DNA from: Anthoceros angustus
Lineage: Eukaryota; Plantae; Anthocerotophyta
Reading direction: 5' to 3'
Length of the DNA stretch: 64,000 bases
Assembly: GCA_010909165.1 (NCBI GenBank)
Contig: MU008184.1
Location: 1-64,000, forward strand
In this document: positions 24,001 through 36,499 of the stretch, in pieces
How positions within the stretch are numbered: the first letter of the stretch is position 1
Layout of the letters: every line of letters starts with the position of its first letter
Translations under genes and position numbers: made by a program
The notes under the pieces: generated by a model
The model's database searches: none
The model's input: the letters and a program-made list of their open reading frames with translations, nothing else
What the model was told of the DNA's origin: nothing

Positions 24001-27000
24001 TTAAGATCGGCTCCTCACAAGTCCACACCTTCCAAAGAAGTCTACCAAATAATCAACGGATGCATCAGAAGATTCAACGTTGTCCAAGTCTTCGGAATCA
24101 ATTCGTTCGTCACCACTTGCTTCACCATCAACAGGAGGAAGCAAAGCCGGTTCCTCACTAGGCTCTGCTCGTAACTCGAAGACCTTCCTCCTCAGCATGT
24201 CCATTGTGTCTTTGCTCAAAGTCTTGTTCCTCGTCAACTCGAAATCATAACCCATGATTGTGGTCTCCAAAAGCTTGATTGGTTGCACATGTTTCTTCAA
24301 AGGGTGCCTGCGTCGACCTTTTCTGACTGAGGGTTGTTAGCACCCACTCTTCCAATACCTTCCTCCAATGCATTAGGGTTTTCGATCGCCACCAATGGAC
24401 TTGCGCTACGGTCCAGTGACTTCATGGTCTACATCCACCTTACCCGGCCGGAAAGGGGTCGGATCATCTCGCTGGACGCAATCATCATGACTGGATCTCG
24501 TAACCCGATCCTCTGTATCTTTGTTCAAACGTTCCTTCTTGCGATTCTGTGTGTGTATGAACCTCTCGCTCATGTCCAAATATCGTCTACGCTAGTGTAG
24601 CGTCCACTATCACTTCATCTGGAAGAGCCACTTGGGTTCTTGAATGCTCCTCCAGTTATACCATTTCCATCTTGTGTCCAATGGACAAGAGCTCCAGCTA
24701 CTACACCCGCTATGCTATGCTCTTCCAAAAACCATCCATCAGTAGTGATGACCATTGAAACACCATTGAGCAACTTCTCCTGTTGTCCACACTCGGCGGT
24801 GAGAGCCATGGTTGATCGAGATCGCTTTGCGTCGAGCCATGGCGAGAGTCGGGCTGCAATTCGATTGGGCTGTCCATTCCCTCCACAACAATTCTACGCG
24901 GTGTCACCTATCTCCACTTGTTGGGGTCGGTGAAATGTCGCCAAAATGTCCGAGCTCGTCGCGGACTTGGCTAACTAACCCCTCTTCTTCTAGGGTTGGT
25001 TTGCCACTACTTCCTCCTCGCTCCAATCTCTCCTAGCGGCGACTCCTCCCTGAGGAGGACAACTTGTCGTTCCCTTTTATTTTCTCCTCCTTCACCCGCG
25101 TTCCTGCTGGGATTTCGACTGGTGACCCTAGGTGGTGTGGGTTCCTCTTCTGCTGCTGTCCTTCCCTTCTTGACCCGTTCGTTCGCCCTCGCTTCTTGCC
25201 CTTGAAACCTCCCCACCTTCATCCAAGATCTTCTAGGGAGGCGCATTCCCAAGCTTCTAGAATCCTTCCGGAATCCTCCTTGCACTCCTCCTCCTCTACC
25301 TTGGGTTCCCCGGTTTCCGGCTATGAAGAGACACGACTTCAACTCGTTAGACACGGAATCGAATACATGAATCGGAAAAGGTGAAATCAAGGAGGGCGAG
25401 GGAAGGGAAACAAATCGCCTTCTCCTCACAGGCTCTTTCAAGATCATCCTCCCCAATCGATTGTGTACCCTTAACCACCTCATGAAGAAAGACCGAGTAG
25501 TGCGCCATATGATCAACTTCCGGTTTTGCGAAACACAAAATCCACTTGGCCAATCCCACGGTACAGAACACGAGTTGGCGAGTCACCCATCCATTGTTCA
25601 CCCTCACTTCTCAGGCTTCATGGCGCGGCCTGCGGCTCTCGGTCTTCTTTCTCTGGGGTCAATTACCAAGCTCCCATCCTCGTGCTTCTCGCCCATACCT
25701 TTCGAAAGAGCCCCAAATCCAGTTTTGCGGCCTCTTCCTCGCGTCGCCCTCTTGCGACTGGTTCTCAATTGCGGGCGCACTCTTGCACCAATCTTTGGTG
25801 TCGTAACACCATTTCTTCTCCATAAATTCCAGGCCCGGCTCCTGCGGCTCTCACCTTCCATGGTCCATGTTGGGCCCCTTTGCGTGAGTGAGATTTGCGA
25901 CTCGGGCGCCATCTCCCTTCCTCCTTGTTTCCCGAAAGAAACTCGACCCACCGGTGAGAAAAAGGAACACCACTCCACACTTCTTCCCCCCCCTTGTGTC
26001 TTGCCTCAGGCGCCTCTTTTCCTCCTTCGCTACTACGTGCTGGACCTTCCCGCCACCGCCCGTTCGACTGGCCCGTGGCGCGTTCTACCCGCAGTAACAA
26101 AGACTCGGCCCGAGGCATGGTTGCATCTTGGCATGGCCATTGTCAATAGCAGAGAACATCTCCAGAGTATGCTACATCAACCTTTATCTTTTGAACCCTA
26201 AAGAACATGGTTTAGGGTTTTCCGCCAACAACTACTATAAAAAAGGACACCTAGCAATCACCGGACATCCCGTGCTTAAAAAAGGGAGAGCGGTTCATAC
26301 TTTGTATCTTGCTCCCTGTCGTTTCCGGCGTTTTTAATTTTCGCTTTAAGCTTCTCACAGTCAGCACAGACCAAGAATCGGTTGCATCTTGGAATCTTGA
26401 CGGGAAATCGTATCCGACTTGCAAAATAGCTATAACAAACATGAGTGGTAATTGCTCTAGCACTTTGCCTAGCATACTCAATGTAAATCTCCTCTTTTGT
26501 GAATGTATCCAGGTTGAACACTTCCCTGTTGGGTAGTCTTTCCACATTTCTTTTGAAAACATATCCATCCACATGACACCGCAAGTATGAAGTTGAATTT
26601 TACCTCGCCTCACGGCAAACCTAGTCCCTTCGCACCGGGCTGGGCATTCCGATATCGTAGTGCACCAATACGTAAAACTCGTAATGCCCTTACACAAATT
26701 GAAACCTTCCCATGTGGCTTGTTCACCCATCCGTCACCATACTGCTTTCCTCGCTCGACAACATCAATAAGGTCTTGCAAAGCTCGCCTCCCTTTGTCAT
26801 GGAAAAAAGAACAACGAAGTGACTTCACCGCCATTCGCCTTGCTAAACACTTTTTCGTACAACATTGTCTCTTCATGTTTGCTGAAAGTCACCGACATGT
26901 TTCGCCAAGACATGATCCAAATTTTAACCCTTGCAAAGACGGTTCTTTGTTGAGCAAACAACCCTATCGCGAGATTGCAACTCCAACCCCTGGACTTAGG

Positions 27001-27700
27001 ATTAGCAGGCAAGATTGGCAAATCTTCATTGTGATCTAGTGCCAAGACATCTCCAAACAAGGCAATTGGATCACGTACAGGTTTGGTCGCCTGCTCGCTC
27101 TGGCGGTGTCCTCCATGACCCAATGCCAAATCAAAACCAAGTCTACGATCACATGCATCTTCTCACCGCATAGAGACTCACCAACACTCTCTGCTTCAGA
27201 ATCCGTGATGTTGTCATTCGTGTCAGGTGGTGTGACACAAGGTTGATGGTACTCTTGCGAAGCACACCATGGACTTGTTGTAGGTGCCACCTTGTCACCT
27301 TCCGCTCGCCAAGGAGCCACCCGCTTTGCGCGTGGATTTGGATCAGAGCAGAACATCCTTGCCAATTTCTTGGCACCGCGATTTGAAGACACGGGTATAT
27401 AGTGCCGGTGCACCGCCGAGGTGGGCCGAGGTTGCGCTGTCGGTGGTGGATATCGGGCCGCCGCCAAGGCGCTGTCGAGCTCGGACATGCCACATGTCTT
27501 TGCAATTTGCTCGGTCTCGCGCCTGCCCGGAGTCCATCCCGGATCAAACAAGTAAAGGTCTCCATCACTTGCAGCCGCGCAAGCGTATCACCCAAAGAAG
27601 TCGGTTTGATCCAAACTGGCGCGTCCGGGTCTTTGCTTGAAGCGCCTTTCACCGGACGTCCCGGGGTTTACTGCCGAACGCCTTGAATGTCACCACGTGG
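24001..27700 (-). pseudogene. Disrupted DNA transposase-like gene (Sola/DUF7869-type N-terminal half; catalytic core missing)
   Basis: CCTKKCL (26610-26876 frame). ERLPNREVFNLDTFTKEEIYIEY...YSYF...FPVKIPRCNRFLVCADCEKLKAKI...KH (26276-26584 frame) matches the pattern that precedes the DDE core in this group. Possible C-terminal pieces at ~24830-24001. The middle is replaced by a gypsy-derived segment. Confidence 0.55.
24950..26240 (-). mobile_element. Gypsy-derived fragment carrying a third homolog of the extra ORF, inserted in the transposase gene
   Basis: Across a frameshift: NNGWVTRQL...LAKWIL...VVKG.IDWGRMILKE...PSLISPFPIHVF (~25610-25350), which aligns with the conserved domain of 18403-19188. 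Confidence 0.65.
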
Positions 27701-28541
27701 AATTTGACACATTGCCTAGTGGACCCCATGCCTAGCATCTGCGCGCCGCCAAGTCCACGATATCCGACTCACACATGGCCGATGTCTTCATCGGTCACTA
27801 GTCTGCGTTCACCAATCAAAAACTCCTCCTGCATTGAGATCGCTTGCCATTGCTCGTGACTAGTGAAAACGCAATTGTTGAGAACGTGTGCTCGAGGAGG
27901 AGACCCGCAAAGATTGCCCAACATCATGTATAGATGCCTTGCGGACCGCATTGATTATTGACAATTAGGACGGATATCTACTTTGCGGCTACAAATCATG
28001 GCGCTTGAGGATCCTTAAATGCATTCTGCATTGAGAATCGAGGAGCCCGAGATTTTGCAATAGGAAATTGAGTTTTGCCAGCGGCAAAACTAGGCATATT
28101 CCATAAAATATGCTTTATTCTTTGTTTAGCCGGTTGTGTCCCTGTTCTGGCGAAACATGGCGGAACGTTATGCGCGGTGCATCCCAAATTTGCGATTCCA
28201 CCTCATTTGGCTAGCTGTCGCAGTGGAGATCGTCATACTGTCCGCCCGTCACACTGTGCCATCCACCCGTGAGATCAGGGGCGGTTTGGCGAAAATATTG
28301 CGAGGAGATGCATATAGCGGCACCAAAGGTTCACTCAAGTATTTTGGTAACCGGTATTCGACCACTTCCATATCGGAGGTTCATATCGCCGAGTCGGTGG
28401 ATCTCGAGATCATCGGCGCTTCATCCTCACCGGTTGTCCGGTGATTCAAGAGGAGGGTATCAAGGTGGGCGATGAAGCGTGCTACTTGCACCCATAATCC
28501 ATAGTGCGTGATGCCTCATTGCTACTTGGTTTGTTTTTGCG

Positions 28542-30598
28542 ATGGCACCTACCAAGAAGCGGAGTAAAGGTCGAGCCGACGCGCTGGGCCGAGAAGAAAC
28601 GGCGGAAGGCGGCGATTCGCAGATGCCCCCAACATTGTCACGAGTCCGTGGCCTCCAAGACCCATAGCATGACAACTTTGACCGCGACACTACCACTCGC
28701 CACCGACGAACATCATTCCAAAGTCCATACAAGCGGAAATCGACATGATCGTAAAGATGTTCTGGAACACTCTCCTTTGATATGTCGGACAGAATTGGTC
28801 TCACAAAGAACGCCCCCTGGACATGTGTATCTCAGACATCTTGGATGCAGCACTCAAGTATAAAGTCTTCTGCCTTGGTGCTGCTTTTGTTCACGCAGCT
28901 TGTGGAGAAGGATGACCAAGGGTAATTTTCCTCTGCACTCAAGACCGACAGCCTTCTCAAGCTCGACCCCAGGCCGTCCGAGTATACTCACCGCGAGGAC
29001 TTTTGACCCGTGGCTTGCCGGAAAGTGTGAGAGAGGAACATGTGGGGTTATGTAACAATGATGGACACAAAGTGTTCCACAAAGTGTTGCACCAAATTTG
29101 CTTAGAAGGAATGTGCAAACGTTGGTTCGAGCATGGGTCGATTGAACCCAAGAGTCGAGAGTAGGAGGTCTGGGGCTGCAGGCTAGCAGCATCTAAGCAA
29201 CCACATTGCATTTCAAGGAACCCAACAGCATCTGAGAAGCAACCCAACAATGCAAATTGCAAACAGAACTTTGGGAAGCAACCTGCTGCCGGGAAGAGGC
29301 ATCCCAACAATGCTTCTTCAATACCCACATCGATGGGGATCCAGCAGCCTCGCTTCCCGCCCAAGGTGGTGTCCATGATACTACCGCCGGGCACCGGACG
29401 TCCCGCGGTTTCACTGTGGCAGGACTTGGTGAGCCACTTCCATTTTACTCAAGGTAGTCCGACGGTGTGAGGAGGACGCCCGTGACGCGAGGACACCGAG
29501 GGCTTTTATGGATGGCATTCTACCTTGGGGGGAGGACGAAGATGCGCAGCTTGGAGGAAGTCAAGGTGGGTAAGAGGAGGAGGAGAACTTCGAAGAAGAG
29601 GCTGATGAGCAGGATGACCTCGGGATATTATCCCCGCACGGATGGTTCACGGTCTTCGGGGCCGCTCGATCGCAGGAGGGTGCAGGCAGAGGCCTTCACA
29701 GTGGGAAATGTGAAGAAAGGGGAAAGAGGAGGCCTCAGATGGCAAACATATCCGAAAAGGGACGCGGCGGTAGCAGGAAAGCCAAGAAACCCAGGGCAAG
29801 ACGGGAGAAGCCTGGAATTGTGGAGGAGGAGGAGGAAGAGGTTCCACCGCCAAGGTTTGTGGAGAGAGCTAAGGATAGCGCGGTCGCCATTGACGATGAT
29901 AGGCTCGCCGCCATAAAAGCGATGCAAGTCGGGACGTCGAAAGGGACTATTGCTATCAAGAGAGTCCGGGAGTCTACCTTGAAGTTGCCGCAGCACTTCA
30001 AGATCCGTGAGGCGCAAGGTGAGGAAGCCGGATCTCGGCGTGGGTAGAGGCTTTGATGAAGATGAAACACCGCCCATGGGTAGCTGGTGTGCCGCCAATG
30101 GTTGTGGTTGTCGACCCTCGCAGTTGTCCTCACAAAGAGAACTTTGACGCTGAGAAGGAGGGCTTTACAATTTCTTCGTCTTGGGAGGGAACCATTCCTT
30201 CCGTGCAAGGTCCCGCTCGATCTGCACCCAATGAAGAAGAGTTCAAGTGGATGGATGCATATGTGCTAGCCGGACTCACCGAGGACGAGATGAGGATCGT
30301 AGCTACAATCACAACACCATCGCAGATGCGGAAGACATTCACCTTCATGGATGTGGTACGTTACATCGAGTGAGTTGATGTGCGGAAAGCGAAGGGCTTG
30401 AAGTGCGTAGACTGGAAGTCGGATGTATATGCCCGCCAGTGTGATCCCCAAGTGGGATGCAGCATGGCCCCAAGGTTCGATCACCGATCGTGGACAACCG
30501 GACACTTGACATCGGGAAGGTTGATGAAGAAGTGTGGAGGTATGTGTGGAATGGGGTTTCTGCGTCCCAAAGGCGCAAAGAGGCCACATTATCCTCCA
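28542..30598 (+). pseudogene. Frameshifted gene with a ParB/Sulfiredoxin-like domain, preceded by basic NLS-like, Cys/His-rich and acidic segments
   Basis: Probable start MAPTKKRSKG at 28542. FKIRE...VEALMKM...VPPMVVVVDP..CP...FD, then YNFFVLGGNHSFRAR (30166-30210, shifted frame), then AYVLAGLTEDEMRIVA and YNHN (30304-30315). This follows the ParB N-domain layout. Confidence 0.65.
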
Positions 30599-30810
30599 TG
30601 TCGTTATAGTCCTAGGATTCGATCCCAAGGGAATGGTTTTGTGTCAAGATGTTCTAAACTACGGGTCCTAGACCTACCACAACCGATCTTTACCCTGCCA
30701 GAAACAGCCACCGTGGAGATCCCAACCACCGTAGCAGCAGCCACCACCGCAGTTGGTTGATTCAACCACTAGCGGCACTCCACCACGGGCGGCGCGGCCG
30801 CTGGCCGTTC
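30545..30810 (+). repeat. Direct repeat (second copy ~32680-32970) spanning a retroelement-like terminus TGTCGTTATAGTCC
   Basis: TGTCGTTATAGTCCTAGGATTCGATCCCAAGG(G)AATGGTTTTGTGTCAAGATG at 30599 and 32729, with matching upstream flank. The second copy ends next to the N at 32972. Confidence 0.85.
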
Positions 30811-32003
30811 GTTGTCACTCAGCCCCTGCGAGGTCTCTCGAGAGTTATGGCTTTACACACACACACCTAGACTCACACTATTCTAATCTCACAGTAAGTC
30901 CGTCTCTAACTTCCGAAATTAGGCACCACGACCCGAATACTGCGAATCTCGCCTGCGCCGACCTGACCTTGCCACTCGCCGCCTTTTCTATCACCCCGCT
31001 TTTCTCAAACGCACACGCATTTTCCCCGCCCTTCCCCACAGCCGCACGCCACCCCTTCCCGCCAAGAACCTTTCCCACACATGGATACCCCTCTCTCCCT
31101 CTCAGCCACACAGACCTCACCCCGGCCACATGACCCCACCCTCATAGAATTAAACACGCTCGGATGCCTTCCTAGAGGGAGATGAGGAGGCACTCAAGAC
31201 TTGGGCGATTCACCCGCGCGATCTCACCTCGACTCCGCAGAACCTTTGCCTCTTTCCACACGGACGCCCCTCACCAATTGTCGTCCCAAACGCGTGAGCT
31301 TGGCCCGCCTCGACCATCCAGTGGATCTTCCTCCTCTGACAGAAACGATGTGCCGAACCTTCGGCCGATCGACGCTCTCAATCAACCCCGCGAGGATTCG
31401 ATACACTAAGTTCACACCGAAATCGTCTAAGAGAGACACTAGGGTCTCTTATACATCTAGTCATGGTTCAAGACACCACTTCTCCAAAGGTGTCTAAAAA
31501 TTGTAGCTCTTACCACGAGCACCCCTACCAATCCAGCAACTACTGCAGCCTCGAACACCCTATCCCCTAACCCCAAAAGGAAACCCGGACCTATGATGTC
31601 GCTGCCTAAAATCACGCCGCCTCTGTTGCTACCCAGCTCTCACGGGCCCATAGATCCCTCTCGCGCGCCACGCCCGATCCGAGCGATTTTCCCCAAACCT
31701 CCACCTCGCCTCCATGGCGCGCTATGCGCGCTGGCCTCTACATCCGTTGTCCCGCTCCTCCTCATCGGATGCCCATACCGTGCTCCTCCTCCATGCTCGG
31801 CCTCCGCTCATCTCCTCCAAAGACTACTGCGGTAGGCGCCAGCCCTATTCAAGGAACAATCGTAAACGTGGCGGTCAAGATGTGCGCCCGAGTTTCGCCT
31901 CCCAACAACCACATACACGCTTTAGAGTGAGCACCGCTCACCATGCGTGGGAGGACATGAGCATCCTCATCCGACGCCGCAACCCGCCGATACAGTGAGG
32001 TCC

Positions 32004-32402
32004 TTACCCTCTCCTCCTGGACAATCTGGGCCTGGCTGCTTGGGTTTCGTGGGATCGCCTCCCCATCTGCTGGTACTCGCCGGTGGCTTCCCCCACCTCG
32101 GTTCCTCCTTCCGCGACGGTGGCCGGTTTAGCCACCGTGGTGGTTACTTCCCCCACGGTGGTTGCTTCGGCTCCTGCGCTGGCTGTTGCCCGGCCTTTCT
32201 TCGGTTTGGCCGCCTCTCTCTTGACTCTGGCCCTAGCTTCGTCTCTCTCCCGCTTGTATCTCTCCGCCAGCTTCTTGAATTTCTCCAGAGGCGCCATTGT
32301 TTCCACCTGCTCCTGGACTCGCGAGACCTCATCTTGAAGCTCCTCAATTGTAGCATGCGCCCCCTTGACCTGATTCACTAAGGCCTCCTGTTGGGTGGAC
32401 AT
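32004..32402 (-). pseudogene. Coiled-coil ORF fragment, probably the C-terminal part of a gypsy extra ORF
   Basis: Heptad-rich EELQDEVSRVQEQVE...LAERYKRERDEAR and TTV repeats, as in the 17054-17740 ORF. Confidence 0.4.
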
Positions 32403-32972
32403 GGCCTTAGCCCCTGTGTTTGTATAGGGCGCATTCCCTCTGGCTCACACCTTGTTCTCGCCTTCGCTCCAACTTTTAACCATTTTGTGGATAATTAGAG
32501 GATTGTGTTACTCACGAAAAACCATAACAGAAAACCCTAAAAAACATGGTTGCATTCTTCACTTGGACTTTCACACTTAAGCTTTTGGCCAAAGTTTTGA
32601 AAGCGTGACAAAGCACGGTTTTCCATCAATCAAATTCACACTTCAAAATTAGACGAGGAGTGCGTCTCTACTTCAGGACTGTGGAATGGTTGCATCCAAA
32701 GACGCAAGGAGGCCACATTTACCCTCTATGTCGTTATAGTCCTAGGATTCGATCCCAAGGAATGGTTTTGTGTCAAGATGAGCTAATCTACGGTGTCTAA
32801 CCTACCACAACCGACGCTACCCTACCAACCACCCACTCTACCGAACCGACCACGTGGAGGACCTGCCCACCGCCGCTGGGGTTCCATCAGTGGCGCTCCG
32901 CCACCGCAGCGGGTTGACTCAACCATCGGGCGGGCCTCCACGTGCGCACGCGGCGCTGCCGGTGACTACTCN

Positions 32973-35900
32973 TGTCGTTTGGCACAGGAATCGGCGATTG
33001 CCTCCACCTTGGTGGCATGCGGCGAGATCGTGATCCAATGACCCAAGTACAACACCTTTTCCAAATCGACACTTCCTGGATGGGCCTTCAACCCTAGCCG
33101 GATCTAGCAAAAGGCGCTCGAAGATGTAGATGCTCCTCAAAGGTATTCTTGAAGATGATGACATCATCAATGTAGCACTTGGCGAAATGCAAGTCCTTGA
33201 GCTCATTGTCCATGTACCTTTGGAGCTGCGTTGGCGATGTCTTCAACCCAAATGGCATGTAATTCCACTCGTACAAGCAATCTACGCCCGAGCGCGTTTC
33301 TTCTTGTCTTCTTTGATCTCTACTTGGTGAAACCCTAGCCTCAAGTCCAATGTTGAGAAGAACTTGGCGAGACCCAATGGTGTCGAAGATCTCTTCGTCG
33401 GCATGGGATAGTGGTCATGTGGGATTCGCTCGTTCAGCGATAGTCACCACACATTCTCCTCTCGTCCACAATCCATTCTCATCCTTCTTTTTGGAAGCTT
33501 TGTCGCATTGCGTCTGCGAGTTAGATCGTCGAATCAGCCCTAGCTTGAGAAGCTCTTGGCATCGATTCTCAACCAAATCCACTCGGCCTTGCGAGCTGCC
33601 TCTGCGGAACCTTTGGTTCATCGTAGTCGATTCTATGTGGAACTTCCCTTTGGTGTACTTCCCCATCTCATAGCGTGAAAGCAAACACATGTCGCGATGC
33701 CTCCAACAACTCCTTTAGCGGCCGTTGATTGCTCTTCAACTCGGCCTGTTAACCACTCATGTGGTGTGGCTCGGATGGCTTTGCTTCCTCGTGCTCGCTC
33801 TCCTTGCCCTCAAACTCTTCTCCTGTTGAGATCACAGTCGAATATCCTTCACCCACCAAACCCTGCTTCAACCCCGCCTTCTTACGGTTTGAAGTTGGTA
33901 GCGACTCGGCTAAACAACGGTCATCATGTTCCGTCAAATGCTTGCCCAAGCAATCGACACCGTTCCTTCTCGGTACTCCGGTGTCTTTGGCTCGGCATCA
34001 AATCCATGGCCAACTCCTCTCTGTGTGTTGGCTCTCCCAAAACCTCGCCATGTCATCCACTCAGCAGGCCATGGTTCTGAAGGCGTAAGACTTGGACTTA
34101 GACACAAAGGTTGGCCAAGCCGCCATGGGGTGTCAGGCGTGTTCACGAAGTGCGGCGGCTTGTCGATCTTGATGACTTGTTGGGCATGCCTTCCGATGCT
34201 AGCACATCCTTGACAACATGATTAGGTCGCTTGGTGAGCGACCTCGCACACTTCAAATGTTCCAAGGAGCAAGGTTAGTCCACATGGACCTCAACCTATG
34301 AGCCCTCGAACCAAATTGTTGCATCCAATAGAAGCTCGACCCAACACTCCTCGGATCGTGGCAAAAATCCTCCACGAACTTGCTTCTTCACGCTCATGCA
34401 TCTTGGCACATTCTCAACATGTATCCACAAGGCCTTTCTTGCCCTTTACGGATCAAGCGCAAGATCCTCATCGGTCATAGAACAATCTTTGTTCGTGGAT
34501 CCTTGAGACCTTGACCCTTGCTGCGAGGATAGTCCTTACACTCCCAACTGCGATGACAAGGTCCACGGTTGCCCAAGACAACTCAAATGGGACAACCCTA
34601 TCATGCGAACATCCATCCGGTAACCCTTCGGCTCCCGTCGGAGGTTGAGTACTCCCCATCAAGTCTCTTCACAGCAACCTGATCACTTTTGGATCCGGGT
34701 CACAATGCGTATCTTCGCACTTTGATGCCACACTTTGCCGCTTGGCGTGCGATGCCTCCAAAGAGTTCCACGAGCACTATGCCGTCTTCCAGGTCGCCAT
34801 GTGATGACACAGGTGTTTAGGTCTAAGCAGGCTCAACCCTAGGCAAGAACTTACGAGTTCTCGGAGGACCTTTGGTCCTCTTGCACCATCCTCCACGGCT
34901 TTTGCGGCTCATTGCTGTCACCAGCTCCGTCCGGTGACTTGAAGAACCTCCTCAGGGTGGTTGCAACCTAGCTTTTCCTCCTCCTCGTGAAATCCTCCAT
35001 CGGTCGATTGCGGTTTAGACACACGAGAGGTTCAAGCACGTATGGCGTGTCCTTCCTCTGGCTTTGGGTAGGCGTTGGCAATGAGGTTCTCATGATCCTT
35101 GCCATGCGTAGAGGATGCGGGCAATCCGTTCATCGGTTTTGCTCCGGCTTCTCCGGCTGATCGATAGTAGCATCCGTCCACAAATCCACCATGACTCGAG
35201 TTTGTACAAGCGTCCGCTCAAAGACATCAAATGTATGCATCGGTGACCAAGCGGTGTACCTCGACAAAGGTGAAGTCTGGTTCTTGGTTTGAATGAAACC
35301 TTGACTTGTCACCCCAACACATGCTCCGTGGTCCAGTGATGCGGATCTTCCACTTGGTTTCCTTCAACCTTTCTTGGTGGAGACCGCGCTTCCTTCACTC
35401 TTCTTCCAACGCGATCACCGTGCTCGGTGTCAATCAACACCCTCCTTGGTGCGAATCCATTGATTTCAATGTGCCTCTCGATTGTTGACCAAAGTCATCC
35501 CCACTCGCGTGGTATGTCGCAGTCCCAGTCGACTGTTGGATGGACTCACGTGGAGCTCACGCACTCGATTCTCGTCTCGCCTGCAGGTTCTCCTAGTGGT
35601 GTGTCATGGTCACTTGTTGAGCCGAAGTCGCTCTCAAGTAGAGTTGGAGCCTCTCTATCTCCCACTCGTGGTCCTCGATCCTTCCTTGGAGAAGCCCGTT
35701 CCTTTCTTCCACTATCTGGAGCCGTAGCTCCAGGGTCTCCTTCTGGCCCTCCATGTCCTGGGGCGCCTCTCCCACCTCTTGGAGTTGCATCCGAAGGTCC
35801 CCCAGCTCCCTCAGCCGCACCTCCATTTTTGCCCCATAGGCCATGCGTGCTTGCTTTGCCTCCTCTGTATTCCCATCGGACACATGACGAATGCCAAAGA

Positions 35901-35984
35901 GTGCGTGGGGAGTATCGCCTGTGGGTGTTGGTTCAAGCGAGTTCACAACTACCGACTCAGAGTAGGCCGCAAGTGAACATACCA
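32973..35984 (-). mobile_element. Ty3/gypsy element D, gag-protease-RT portion (5' end continues at 42295-42534)
   Basis: RT motifs KKDENGLWT.RRMCGDYR, STLDLRLGFHQ, YEWNYMPFGLK and CYIDDVIIF. Coiled-coil gag N-terminus at 35593-35985. Truncated at the N at 32972. Confidence 0.85.
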
Positions 35985-36499
35985 CAACGTGTTAGGAATA
36001 GCCGATATATTGCTTAGCCATCTCAAACAAAGCACCTCTTCACGAGCTCTTCACACACACTAATTGCTCGGTCAGGTTCTCGTGGCATACACCTTGCAAA
36101 GTAGTGTGTTCCCTTTAATCAGCTTCTTTCCTTCATTTCTTGGTTCTGCACGATCACATTGAGTATCGTGAGCACATTTTGAAGTCCTCCTACTTTACCG
36201 CACCTCTCTAATCATGGCGGTAAGGAAGAGAGAGGACCGTGTTGCATCTCAAAGAGAGTTCCAACCGATTGCTGCAGACTACGTGAGGCTGGCAGAGAGT
36301 CCGGAGGTCCTCATGCCTCTATTGCCAGCGGTTTGATCTCGAGTGTGGCATCCCGACATGTATAGAAATAATTCTCTCAAACCGGAGGTTAACGCCTTAC
36401 CCCTTCACACAGTGCCCATCGGATCTCCTACTTTTTGATAGGGATTGCTAGGCTCTAATTTCAAAAATTGCGTCATTCAAATGGGCGGTGCATCTTCTC

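Noticed and set aside
30599-30650. Functional tRNA gene
   Set aside because: The anticodon arm is absent and no cloverleaf can form; kept only as a tRNA-like motif finding.
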